64,000 bases of DNA from an uncultured Eubacteriales bacterium (GCA_900551855.1 URXM01000002.1:192828-256827); one strand, 5' to 3'. Positions 40,198-48,332 are shown, counted from the stretch's first letter. Notes: generated from the sequence alone by a model not told the origin. Made by a program: numbers and translations.

Positions 40198-40791
40198 ATG
40201 AGCGAATTTGATGAACCTATTGAAAGACTGATAGAATATTTTAGAGCATTGCCTGGCGTTGGAAAGAAAACAGCACAACGCTATGCTTTTTATATTATCG
40301 AAAACGACAAATCAAAAGCAGAAAATTTTGCCAATGCTATTATTGATGTAAAAAACAAAGTCAGACTTTGCAGTGTTTGTGGAAATTACAGTTCTAGTGA
40401 AGTTTGCCCAATTTGTCAAAAAAGAAACAGACATCTCGTCTGTGTTGTTCAAGAGCCAAAAGATATAATTTCTTTGGAAAAAGCAAGAGGTTTTGACGGA
40501 GTTTACCACGTTTTGTTTGGTTGTATAAATCCTCTTGAAAACAAAGGTCCAAATGATATTCGCATAAAAGAATTGCTTGCAAGAATAAGCAAAGATGATG
40601 TCAAAGAAGTTATTATGGCGACAAACCCTGATGTTGAGGGAGAAGCAACAGCAATGTATATTGCAAAAATTTTGAAGCCTATGGGCGTTAAAGTCACTAG
40701 GCTTGCTCAAGGGATTTCAATGGGGAGTGATATAGAATTTGCAGATGAAGTGACCTTAAGCAAAGCTTTGGCTGACAGAAAAGAAATGTAA
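40198..40791 (+). CDS. recR: recombination protein RecR
   Basis: LPGVGKKTAQR (HhH), the C4 zinc finger CSVCGNYSSSEVCPIC and a Toprim region (VCVVQEPKD...ATNPDVEGEATA) are present. Confidence 0.95.
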   Translation: MSEFDEPIERLIEYFRALPGVGKKTAQRYAFYIIENDKSKAENFANAIIDVKNKVRLCSVCGNYSSSEVCPICQKRNRHLVCVVQEPKDIISLEKARGFDGVYHVLFGCINPLENKGPNDIRIKELLARISKDDVKEVIMATNPDVEGEATAMYIAKILKPMGVKVTRLAQGISMGSDIEFADEVTLSKALADRKEM

Positions 40792-40812
40792 GTGGCGATG
40801 CCACTTTTTTTA
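40791..40812 (+). terminator. intrinsic terminator after recR
   Basis: agtggc-gat-gccact followed by ttttttt. Confidence 0.6.
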
Positions 40813-40826
40813 TTTTTATATTAAGT

Positions 40827-41393
40827 TTATGTGTTTGACTTTATAAAACATTTTGCGTTGTTTTTATATTCTTTAATCAAAATATCTGCTACTTCCTCAG
40901 GTGACAATTTGCAGTTGTCGTTTAACCATTTGGCACAGATTGCTCTCAGACCTGCACCGAAAAAAGCCATATGGTATTCGAGTTCTTCATTTGTGTAATA
41001 ATATTCTTTTTCTACAGACATTTTAGACAAGTAATTTTTAAAGATTTTTATAAATCCTCTATCCATAAAAGAAGGCAAGTTTGATTGAAGATATGCTTTA
41101 TAAAAAGTGGCATTGTCTTTGACAAACTTAAATAGTTGCAAAAAGTTTTCTTGCTCAAATTGACAATCTTTAAACAAAGAAACAACATTTTGAGCAACTT
41201 TATCTTCATATTTCATCATCAAATCGTTTATGTCAAGATAATGTGCATAAAAAGAGCTTCTGTTTATGCCGGCTTCTTTGCATAGATCTTGGACATAAAT
41301 GCAGTTATATCTTTTTCTTTTTAACAGTCGAAGAAAGGCATCTTCTATTTTTTCTTCGGTTGATTTATAACGCAAATTGTTTGATATGTTCAT
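40827..41393 (-). CDS. TetR/AcrR-family transcriptional regulator
   Basis: The N-terminal HTH reads IYVQDLCKEAGINRSSFYAHYLDINDL, and the ~190 aa length fits the family. Confidence 0.8.
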   Translation of the reverse strand: MNISNNLRYKSTEEKIEDAFLRLLKRKRYNCIYVQDLCKEAGINRSSFYAHYLDINDLMMKYEDKVAQNVVSLFKDCQFEQENFLQLFKFVKDNATFYKAYLQSNLPSFMDRGFIKIFKNYLSKMSVEKEYYYTNEELEYHMAFFGAGLRAICAKWLNDNCKLSPEEVADILIKEYKNNAKCFIKSNT

Positions 41394-41469
41394 AATTTAT
41401 CCTTTATCCCAACATTTTAATTTTTTCTGTTGGCTAATTTCTGTTTTTATTATACTAAAATGTCTTTAA

Positions 41470-41483
41470 CAACACAAGTGTTG
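41470..41483. promoter_or_regulatory. candidate TetR operator (perfect 6+6 inverted repeat)
   Basis: caacac-aa-gtgttg sits in the divergent intergenic region, just upstream of the RBS of the 177-aa gene. Related half-sites are ccaaca (~41410) and tgttgg (~41429). Confidence 0.3.
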
Positions 41484-41507
41484 GAATAAATAAAAGGAGA
41501 AAAGATT

Positions 41508-42041
41508 ATGAACGAAGAAGCGATTACATTTGACTATAAGTCAATAAAAGTAAAAAGAGAAATGGAAACATTGGTGACAGACGTGTATGAAAATTTGGGG
41601 TGGGAGCTTACAAGCAGCAACACCGCAGAAGGAAGCCCATTTGATGTGATTTTGTCTTTCAAAAGAAACAGAAAGATAAACAACAAAATCAATTTGCTTA
41701 AACTTCAACAACAAATTGATTTGGCATTGAATGAAATCCAGGTCTTTCAAAGAAAGAAAAAAAATGCAGGGACTGTTACTGGAATTTCTGTTGGAACAAT
41801 TGGAGTGCTTGCATTTGGAGGCGGACTTAGTATGACAATGTGTTTGTCTGGAATTGGATTTTTGATTGGAGGAATTGCATTAGGTATTGCCGGTGTAGGT
41901 ATTGGACTCTTTGGCTGGTGGCTTGCTAAAAAAGTAAAGAAAGTTAGAAGCGAAAATATCACTCCAATAATTGAATCTCAACTTGACAACTTGTCAGAAT
42001 TATGCGAAACAGCACAAAAAATGTTGAAAAGCAAGGAATAA
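41508..42041 (+). CDS. hypothetical membrane protein with two glycine-zipper helices
   Basis: A soluble N-domain is followed by GISVGTIGVLAFGGGLSMTMCLSGIGFLIGGIALGIAGVGIGLFGWWL. The RBS is aaggag, and the gene is divergent from the TetR gene. Confidence 0.7.
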   Translation: MNEEAITFDYKSIKVKREMETLVTDVYENLGWELTSSNTAEGSPFDVILSFKRNRKINNKINLLKLQQQIDLALNEIQVFQRKKKNAGTVTGISVGTIGVLAFGGGLSMTMCLSGIGFLIGGIALGIAGVGIGLFGWWLAKKVKKVRSENITPIIESQLDNLSELCETAQKMLKSKE

Positions 42042-42048
42042 TCATCAT

Positions 42049-42079
42049 AAGCAAGAATTGTTTTCTTGCTTTTTTTTTA
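42049..42079 (+). terminator. intrinsic terminator
   Basis: aagcaaga-attgtt-tcttgctt followed by T9. It lies inside the ORF-track N-terminal extension of argS, which argues for the later argS start. Confidence 0.6.
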
Positions 42080-42117
42080 CGCTTTTGCTATACTCTTTCA
42101 TATTTATGGAGATCTTT

Positions 42118-43899
42118 ATGAATTTGAAAAATGACATTACTGAAATAATTAAAAACACAGCTGAAAAACTTGGACTTGAAGATGTAAACAAAATTGCTGT
42201 TTCTTTTTCTAATCGTCCAGAACTTTGTGACTTTCAAACAAATTATGCTATGTTGATTGCAAAAAAAATGGGGACAAGCCCTATTGAAGTGGCAAACAAT
42301 ATTGTTTCAAATTTGGCAGATTGCAAAGACTATGATTTTTCTGCTGTTATGCCTGGTTTTATCAATGTGAAAGTGAAAGAAAATAAATTGAACGAGTTTT
42401 CAAATTTTGTCCTTAACGATGAAAATGTTGGCATTGAAAAAGTTGAAAAACCTAGACTTGTTTTCTTTGATTATGGTGGAGCAAATGTGGCAAAAGAATT
42501 GCATGTTGGGCACTTGCGTTCTCCAATCGTTGGCGAAGCTTTGAAAAGAGTGCATATAGCTCTTGGGGACAAAACCTTGTCTGATGTTCACTTGGGTGAT
42601 TATGGCCTTCAAATGGGACTTACGATTTTGCAGTTGAAACAAGATGGCTATCTTGATGACTTTTTCAAACCTAATGCCGATATTGCAAGTTTGAAGATTT
42701 CAAATGTCACACTCGATGTTTTGAATGATGAATATCCAAAGGCTAGCAAGAGAAAAGATGTTGATGAAGAATTTAAGAAAGAAGCTGATGAATATACACT
42801 TTATATTCAACAACACAAAGAACCTTATTACACCATTTATCAAAAAATCAAAGATCTTTCTGTGACCGAAATTAAGAAAAATTATGATTTACTTAATGCA
42901 ACTTTTGACTTCTATTATGGCGAAAGTGATGCTTATCCTTTTATTGATCAAACAATAAAGATTTTTGTTGACAAAAAGCTCGCAAGAGAAAGTGAAGGGG
43001 CTTTGGTTGTTGATGTTGCAAAAGAAGGAGAGCATATTCCTATCCCTAAAAAGAGTGAAGATGAACCTCAAAGATATAAAAATCCTATGCCACCAGCTAT
43101 TATCAAAAAATACAATGGTGGGGATTTGTATGCAACAACAGATATTGCTACAATCTTGATGAGAAACAAAGACTATGCACCAGATGAAATTGTGTATGTG
43201 ACAGACAACAGACAAAGCACACATTTTAAGCAAGTGTTTAGATGTTGCAAGTTGGCAGGGATAAGTCCTGAAGAACAAAAACTCACTCATGTTGCGTTTG
43301 GAACAATGAATGGAAAAGACGGAAAGCCTTTCAAGACTCGTGCTGGGGGAGTTGTTAGACTCAAAGAAGTTGTTGGACTCTTGATTGACAAGGCAGAACA
43401 AAAATTGGAATCAAATGGCATTGTTGGGAATGCTGAACTTGCACGCAAAATTGGTGTCGGGGCAATGAAATTTGGTGATTTGTCAAACACTGTTGACAAA
43501 GATTATGTTTTTGATATTGACAAATTTATGGCTTTTGATGGAAAAACTGGACCATATATTCAATACACTATTGCAAGAATAAACTCAATTTTGTCAAAAT
43601 CTAAATTTGCTGGTGGAGAAGTTAAGATTGAAAACCAAGAAGAGAGAAATATTGTTTTGGCTCTTTTGAAATTGTTGTCTTCATATCAAATTTGTTATGA
43701 CACATATTCGATGAACTCTCTTTGTCTTGCAACATTTGATTTGGCAAGTGCATTTTCTACTTTCTACAACAATCACAAAATTTTGTCGGAAGAGGATGCG
43801 GAAAAGAAGAACAGTATGCTTGCAATTTGTTCTCTTGTTAAGAAAAGTTTGGAAAAAGCTTTGTGGACACTTGGTATTGAAAGCGTTGAAAAAATGTAA
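42118..43899 (+). CDS. argS: arginine--tRNA ligase
   Basis: DYGGANVAKELHVGHLRSPIVGEAL carries the HIGH-type motif, and the C-terminal anticodon-binding domain is typical of ArgRS. The ATG at 42118 has ggag 6 nt upstream. Confidence 0.95.
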   Translation: MNLKNDITEIIKNTAEKLGLEDVNKIAVSFSNRPELCDFQTNYAMLIAKKMGTSPIEVANNIVSNLADCKDYDFSAVMPGFINVKVKENKLNEFSNFVLNDENVGIEKVEKPRLVFFDYGGANVAKELHVGHLRSPIVGEALKRVHIALGDKTLSDVHLGDYGLQMGLTILQLKQDGYLDDFFKPNADIASLKISNVTLDVLNDEYPKASKRKDVDEEFKKEADEYTLYIQQHKEPYYTIYQKIKDLSVTEIKKNYDLLNATFDFYYGESDAYPFIDQTIKIFVDKKLARESEGALVVDVAKEGEHIPIPKKSEDEPQRYKNPMPPAIIKKYNGGDLYATTDIATILMRNKDYAPDEIVYVTDNRQSTHFKQVFRCCKLAGISPEEQKLTHVAFGTMNGKDGKPFKTRAGGVVRLKEVVGLLIDKAEQKLESNGIVGNAELARKIGVGAMKFGDLSNTVDKDYVFDIDKFMAFDGKTGPYIQYTIARINSILSKSKFAGGEVKIENQEERNIVLALLKLLSSYQICYDTYSMNSLCLATFDLASAFSTFYNNHKILSEEDAEKKNSMLAICSLVKKSLEKALWTLGIESVEKM

Positions 43900-43994
43900 A
43901 ATGTTTTTCTATCCGAAAGCATAATAGAAATAAATGCATCAAATATAATAAAGTTTTGCAAGAAAAAATAATTAAAAAATTTTTAAAAAAGGTA

Positions 43995-44023
43995 TTTACA
44001 AACAAAAACTTTTATGCTATGAT
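43995..44023 (+). promoter_or_regulatory. candidate promoter for the 42-aa ORF
   Basis: tttaca (43995-44000), a 17-nt spacer, then tatgat (44018-44023). Confidence 0.35.
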
Positions 44024-44063
44024 ATGGACAAGTAAGAAGAAAAACACACGGAGGTGTATAGAT

Positions 44064-44192
44064 ATGATAGCTTATAGATCAATTGAAAAAGATGTAAATA
44101 TTTTGGTTTCTCCTGAAGAAGTAGGAAGAGCCGTAAAAGAAACAAATATTAAATTTTCTAAAACTAAAACTGAAAAAGAAAGATCTTTATAA
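44064..44192 (+). CDS. hypothetical 42-aa protein (below the ORF-track cut-off at this start)
   Basis: A strong RBS (acggaggtg) lies 7 nt upstream of the ATG at 44064. The ORF has its own candidate promoter and its own terminator at 44222-44251. No family was recognised. Confidence 0.3.
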   Translation: MIAYRSIEKDVNILVSPEEVGRAVKETNIKFSKTKTEKERSL

Positions 44193-44221
44193 TTTTTAAG
44201 ACTATTTTCCAAAGAAAAATA

Positions 44222-44251
44222 AAATGCTGCAAAATTTTGTAGCATTTTTTT
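44222..44251 (+). terminator. intrinsic terminator
   Basis: aaatgctgca pairs with tgtagcattt (one G-U pair), followed by a T-run. Confidence 0.55.
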
Positions 44252-44321
44252 AATTTTATTTTGTATTTATAATTTTATATGATAAAATATAAACATATAA
44301 TAGGTTTTTCTTGGAGTAGTT

Positions 44322-44597
44322 ATGAAAAAATATCAGTTCCTTTATCCAGCAATTTTCATTAAAGATGAGGATGACACTTATCAAGTTTTGTTTCCAGATC
44401 TTGATATTTACACTGACGGCAAAAATTTGTCTGAAGCTTATATGTATGCAAAAGGTTTGCTTAAAGCATATTTTACCTATGTGTTGAAATATGAAGTAGA
44501 ATACAACAAGCCAAGCAAGATTGAATCAATCCTTCCAAATTGCAAACCAAATGAAAATGTTATGTTTGTTGATGCTGTTGTAGAGACAAATGAATAA
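44322..44597 (+). CDS. HicB-like (UPF0150-fold) antitoxin-family protein without a recognisable DNA-binding tail
   Basis: YPAIFIKDEDDTYQVLFPDLDIYTDGKNLSEAYMYAKGLLKAY matches the N-terminal pattern of the HicB family (Y-P-A-x-F...D...Y-x-V-x-FPDL...T-x-G-x-x-x-x-EA). Confidence 0.55.
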   Translation: MKKYQFLYPAIFIKDEDDTYQVLFPDLDIYTDGKNLSEAYMYAKGLLKAYFTYVLKYEVEYNKPSKIESILPNCKPNENVMFVDAVVETNE

Positions 44598-44650
44598 TAA
44601 AAAAGAAAAGGCTTTTTATAAGTCTTTTTTTATTTTTTAAAAATTGGGTA

Positions 44651-44679
44651 TTGACTTGCCGCCATTTTTCACCTATAAT
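44651..44679 (+). promoter_or_regulatory. consensus sigma-A promoter
   Basis: ttgact (44651-44656), a 17-nt spacer, then tataat (44674-44679). A strong RBS ggaggtga follows at 44691-44698. Confidence 0.55.
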
Positions 44680-44702
44680 GATTTAGGTTTGGAGGTGAGA
44701 GA

Positions 44703-45569
44703 ATGAATAAAAATTTTGAAGCAATTGTATTACAGATATTAAAAGAAAAATTATTGGTATCACCTAGTTTTGTTAAAGTTAAAAACAAAAAGGGTTTTCA
44801 AGCTTTTAAGGCACAAGGAGTTCATTTGTTGCCAAACGAAGATTTTTATTTCCCTATGAACAGAGATTTGAGATTGTTTATGCCATACTCTGCAACTTTT
44901 GACAAAAACATTATGTTGACAAAAGATTTGCCAGAACAAATTGTTTTGCCAAACAAAAATCAAGAATATTTCCATTTGGAAGCGCTTACTTTTCCAAGAA
45001 AGAAAAAAGATCTCACAAAGATGGATAAGGAAATTTTGAAAAAGAGTGTTTCTTTGAAAGAACATTCTGCAGATGCCGTTTTCAACATTCCATTCAACAT
45101 CAATTTGAGATTGCCTTTGGCAGAAAAAAGTAAGATTTTGACTCATGAATTTACTTATGATGATATTTTGAAGGCACTTGCAAGAGATTTCTACGGCAAA
45201 GTTTATGATGTTTATTACAATATGTATAGATCTAAATCAGACAATCTTGTAAAATCTAATTTTGAACTTTCTGAAGGACAAGAAAAAGAAATTAGAAAGA
45301 AGTTTTTAAACATTTTGAATTCTTTTGATGCTTACGAAATTGGTGAGCAGGAAGGTGGATCTTTGATTGTTGGATACAACAACACCCCTGGTTTGGATCC
45401 TAGAGTAAACTACAAACTCTATAAAGTTCTTTTGTATCGTATGCCTACAAAGACACAAGAAGACAAAGAAATCAAAAAAGAAGTTTTTGACAAAGTTTCT
45501 CAAAGAAAAAGAGAAGTTGTGCAAGAAGAAAAACTTTTGCAAGAAAGAAAAGAAAGATCTTTAAAATAA
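44703..45569 (+). CDS. hypothetical protein (288 aa)
   Basis: The ORF has a consensus promoter and a strong SD. It is soluble with a K/E-rich C-terminus, and no family was recognised. Confidence 0.75.
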   Translation: MNKNFEAIVLQILKEKLLVSPSFVKVKNKKGFQAFKAQGVHLLPNEDFYFPMNRDLRLFMPYSATFDKNIMLTKDLPEQIVLPNKNQEYFHLEALTFPRKKKDLTKMDKEILKKSVSLKEHSADAVFNIPFNINLRLPLAEKSKILTHEFTYDDILKALARDFYGKVYDVYYNMYRSKSDNLVKSNFELSEGQEKEIRKKFLNILNSFDAYEIGEQEGGSLIVGYNNTPGLDPRVNYKLYKVLLYRMPTKTQEDKEIKKEVFDKVSQRKREVVQEEKLLQERKERSLK

Positions 45570-45623
45570 TTTTTCAAAAGGAAATATGGCTTAAAAATTT
45601 ATTACCAAACTTTATGAAAACGC

Positions 45624-45652
45624 TTGACTTGAACAAAGTATTGTGATATATT
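45624..45652 (+). promoter_or_regulatory. candidate promoter of rpmG-secE-nusG
   Basis: ttgact (45624-45629), a 17-nt spacer ending in tga (extended -10 TG), then tatatt (45647-45652). Confidence 0.45.
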
Positions 45653-45653
45653 T

Positions 45654-45686
45654 AAACTGACACTTCGAAAGGGTGTTAGTTTTTTT
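45654..45686 (+). terminator. hairpin plus T-run, probably the terminator of the 288-aa gene, overlapping the rpmG promoter and transcription start
   Basis: aaactgacac pairs with gtgttagttt (one G-U pair), followed by tttttt. A transcript starting from the adjacent -10 would lack most of the left arm. Confidence 0.4.
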
Positions 45687-45700
45687 GTTAGGAGAAAGAA

Positions 45701-45862
45701 ATGGCAGCACCAAAACGTAAAATAATTACACTTGAATGTACAGAATGTAAAGAAAGAAATTATTCTACAGAAAAGAATACTTCTGCAAATGCTGAAAGAA
45801 TTGAAATCAATAAGTTTTGTCCAAGATGTAATAAGAGAACAAAGCATAAAGAAACAAAGTAA
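45701..45862 (+). CDS. rpmG: 50S ribosomal protein L33 (53 aa, absent from the ORF track)
   Basis: My own translation is [53 protein letters not shown]. It has the CxxC...CxxC zinc ribbon and sits in the canonical position upstream of secE-nusG. The RBS is aggag. Confidence 0.9.
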   Translation: MAAPKRKIITLECTECKERNYSTEKNTSANAERIEINKFCPRCNKRTKHKETK

Positions 45863-45904
45863 TTTGTGCTAAAGAAAATTTATATCTAAATTTTGGAGGA
45901 AATT

Positions 45905-46264
45905 ATGTCTAAAAAGCAAAATCAAGTTGAAGCACAAATTCAAGAAGAAGAGTCTGTTAAACAAGACCAAGTTTCTGAAGGCGTAGTTGCAAAAGAAGAC
46001 AAGAAACAAGATAAAAAATCCAAAGAAAAAGTTGTTGACAAAAAAGACAAGAAAAAAGATAAGAAGAAAAACAAAGATAAGTCTGGCGGAATCGGTAAAA
46101 AAACAAAGGAAACTATTTCCGAACTTAAAAAAGTCACTTGGCCAACTTTTGGCGAAGTTGTTAAGAAAACAGGAATTGTTATCGCTTTCGTTTTGATTTT
46201 TGGACTTTTCTTGTATGGTGTAAACACTCTTCTTGGCTGGCTTGTTAGTCTTTTGGTGAGCTAA
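45905..46264 (+). CDS. secE: preprotein translocase subunit SecE with a long K/D/E-rich N-terminal extension
   Basis: The C-terminal part ISELKKVTWPTFGEVVKKTGIVIAFVLIFGLFLYGVNTLLGWL is the SecE core with a single TM. The ATG at 45905 has ggagg upstream, and the gene lies between rpmG and nusG. Confidence 0.85.
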   Translation: MSKKQNQVEAQIQEEESVKQDQVSEGVVAKEDKKQDKKSKEKVVDKKDKKKDKKKNKDKSGGIGKKTKETISELKKVTWPTFGEVVKKTGIVIAFVLIFGLFLYGVNTLLGWLVSLLVS

Positions 46265-46305
46265 TTTAGACTATAATCAAATCTTGAAAGATAAGGAGTA
46301 TTGTT

Positions 46306-46833
46306 ATGGAACATTCAAGAGAACCAAAATGGTATGTTCTTCACACATTCTCAGGATATGAAAATGTTGCGAAAGAAAATCTTGAAACGGTTGTAGAAAA
46401 ATTTAATCTACAAGACAGAATTTTTGATATTGTAATTCCTGAGGAAGATGTCATTGAAGAAAAAAATGGCAAGAAAAAATTGGTTACTAGAAAGAGTATG
46501 CCTTGTTATCTTTTGGTTAAGATGATTTATGGTGATGACCTTTGGCATAATGTTACCAGAACTCGTGGTATTACTGGCTTTGTTGGACCAAAAGGAAGAC
46601 CTTTGGCTTTGACTGACGAAGAAGTTATGAAACTTAGACTCGAAAAGATCAAAGTTGAAACTGACATTGAAGTTGGCGACAAAGTTGAAATTATCGAAGG
46701 GCCTCTTGACAAGATGGTAGGAACAGTTGTTGCTGTAAATCCAGATGCAGGTGTTGTTACCGTAACTGTTGAGATGTTTGGAAGAGAAAACAATGTTGAA
46801 CTTACTTTTGAACAAGTTCACAAAATAAACTAA
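46306..46833 (+). CDS. nusG: transcription termination/antitermination factor NusG
   Basis: The NGN domain starts KWYVLHTFSGYENVAKENLE, and the KOW region reads VGDKVEIIEGPLDKMVGTVVAVN. Confidence 0.95.
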   Translation: MEHSREPKWYVLHTFSGYENVAKENLETVVEKFNLQDRIFDIVIPEEDVIEEKNGKKKLVTRKSMPCYLLVKMIYGDDLWHNVTRTRGITGFVGPKGRPLALTDEEVMKLRLEKIKVETDIEVGDKVEIIEGPLDKMVGTVVAVNPDAGVVTVTVEMFGRENNVELTFEQVHKIN

Positions 46834-46835
46834 AC

Positions 46836-46863
46836 TTGATATTTTTCAGGTAACTGTTAAAAT
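46836..46863 (+). promoter_or_regulatory. candidate promoter of rplK-rplA
   Basis: ttgata (46836-46841), a 16-nt spacer ending in tgt (extended -10), then taaaat (46858-46863). An ~80-nt leader follows. Confidence 0.4.
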
Positions 46864-46944
46864 ATTGTCCGGCATGACATTAAACTGTCAAATTTTGTGG
46901 GAGAACTAATTGCCTAGTTCAATTCACCACATTAGGAGGGAAAA

Positions 46945-47370
46945 ATGGCAAAGAAAGTTAAAGCAGTTGTTAAATTGCAACTCGAAGCGGGAAAAGCCAC
47001 ACCAGGACCACCAGTTGGTTCTTCACTTGGACCTCATGGTATCAATATCGCTGGCTTTACAAAAGAATTTAATGAGAAAACCGCATCTCAAGCTGGGTTT
47101 ATCATTCCAGTTGTGATCACTATCTATGAAGATAGAAGCTTCACATTTGAATTGAAGACACCACCAGCAGCAGTCCTTATTAAAAAAGCTATTGGGCTTG
47201 ATAAAGGTTCTGCAAAACCAAACAAAACAAAAGTCGGAAAAATCACTAAAGAGCAGATCAGAAAAATCGCAGAAACAAAATTGCCAGATTTGAACGCTGA
47301 CTCTATCGAAAGTGCAATGTCTATGATTGCTGGTGCAGCAAGAAGCATGGGCGTTGAAGTTGTGGACTAG
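46945..47370 (+). CDS. rplK: 50S ribosomal protein L11
   Basis: [35 protein letters not shown] is the canonical L11 N-terminus. Confidence 0.97.
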   Translation: MAKKVKAVVKLQLEAGKATPGPPVGSSLGPHGINIAGFTKEFNEKTASQAGFIIPVVITIYEDRSFTFELKTPPAAVLIKKAIGLDKGSAKPNKTKVGKITKEQIRKIAETKLPDLNADSIESAMSMIAGAARSMGVEVVD

Positions 47371-47381
47371 AGAGGTGAATT

Positions 47382-48065
47382 ATGAATAGAGGAAAAAGAT
47401 ATTTGAAGAGCCTTGAAAGTTTTGACAAGTCTTCAGCTTATGATGTTGCCACAGCAATGGAAAATGTTCTCAACACAGCTACAGCTAAGTTTGATGAAAC
47501 AATCGAACTTCATGTTAGACTTGGTGTTGATGGAAGAAACGCTGACCAACAAGTTCGTGGCGTAGTTGTTCTTCCAAACGGAACAGGTAAAAATGTTAGA
47601 GTTCTTGTTATCGCAAGAGGAGACAAGGCTGACGAAGCTATAAAAGCAGGTGCAGACTATGTTGGAGCAGAAGACATCGTTGCTAAAATCAACGCTGGGT
47701 GGCTTGATTTTGATGTTGCTATCACAACTCCAGATATGATGGGCGTTGTTGGTAGAATCGCAAGAATTCTTGGACCTAAAGGTTTAATGCCAAACCCAAA
47801 GAGTGGAACTGTAACTACTGATGTTACAAAGGCCATTAAAGATGTTAAAGCAGGTAAGGTTGAATACAGATTGGACAAAACAAACAATGTTCATGTTATC
47901 ATTGGAAAGAAGAGTTTTGGAAAAGAAAAATTGGTAGAAAACTTTACTGCAATTATGGACGCAATTGTAAGAGCTAAACCTGCCGCTGCCAAAGGACAAT
48001 ATATTAAGAGTGTCACATTGGCAAGCAGTATGGGACCTGGTGTTAAGGTAACTTATACAATTTAA
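47382..48065 (+). CDS. rplA: 50S ribosomal protein L1
   Basis: [25 protein letters not shown] and [15 protein letters not shown] are canonical L1 motifs. Confidence 0.97.
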   Translation: MNRGKRYLKSLESFDKSSAYDVATAMENVLNTATAKFDETIELHVRLGVDGRNADQQVRGVVVLPNGTGKNVRVLVIARGDKADEAIKAGADYVGAEDIVAKINAGWLDFDVAITTPDMMGVVGRIARILGPKGLMPNPKSGTVTTDVTKAIKDVKAGKVEYRLDKTNNVHVIIGKKSFGKEKLVENFTAIMDAIVRAKPAAAKGQYIKSVTLASSMGPGVKVTYTI

Positions 48066-48073
48066 GTTTGATT

Positions 48074-48108
48074 AAAGCAGGTTTTTATAAGCCTGCTTTA
48101 TGTTTTTT
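48074..48108 (+). terminator. intrinsic terminator after rplA
   Basis: aaagcagg-tttttataag-cctgcttt followed by a tgtttttt run. Confidence 0.65.
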
Positions 48109-48303
48109 ACATAAAATGCGAAAGATTTTTGTCGAATTGGTGTGAAAAACAGATAAAAAATTTTTTCGACAATAATAGTGTTTTTATTCTTGTATAGGAA
48201 TGAAAACCATTCGCAAAATATTGATAAATTTTGCAAAAAGTCGAAACGAAATATCAAATGCAAAAGATATTCTTTTTTGTGCTTGGTATTTGCATAAAAA
48301 TGT

Positions 48304-48332
48304 TTGACTTGTTGGCAAAATTAAGATAAAAT
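48304..48332 (+). promoter_or_regulatory. candidate promoter of the 1,424-aa gene
   Basis: ttgact (48304-48309), a 17-nt spacer, then taaaat (48327-48332). An aggag RBS precedes the ATG at 48383. Confidence 0.45.

Noticed and set aside
42058-42117. N-terminal extensions offered by the ORF track (argS 42058, tpiA 37577, spmA 28736, hup 35006, DUF1540 31042, secE 45893, dusB 35375, recR 40183)
   Set aside because: Most begin at TTG or GTG without an SD, run through terminators or promoters (argS), or add residues foreign to the family. For all except spmA, a downstream ATG with a proper GGAG-type SD gives the canonical N-terminus. For spmA, neither start has an SD and the choice rests on the SpmA-like N-terminus.
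44170-45575. A 16-nt identity (aaaagaaagatcttta) and the shared KERSL ending between the 3' ends of the 42-aa ORF and the 288-aa ORF, plus LVSP near both N-termini, hinting that the small ORF is a collapsed paralogue
   Set aside because: The shared string is low-complexity and A-rich. By rough estimate, several chance 16-mers are expected in 64 kb of AT-rich DNA. The N-terminal resemblance is only ~7 of 20 residues.
46864-46944. The rplK leader as an L1-binding autoregulatory structure (contains gtgggagaac, reminiscent of the GGGAG element in the 23S L1 stalk mimic)
   Set aside because: It is plausible from E. coli and archaeal precedent. However, I could not fold a convincing helix-loop mimic by eye, and the match is only 5 nt. 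It is left as unannotated leader.
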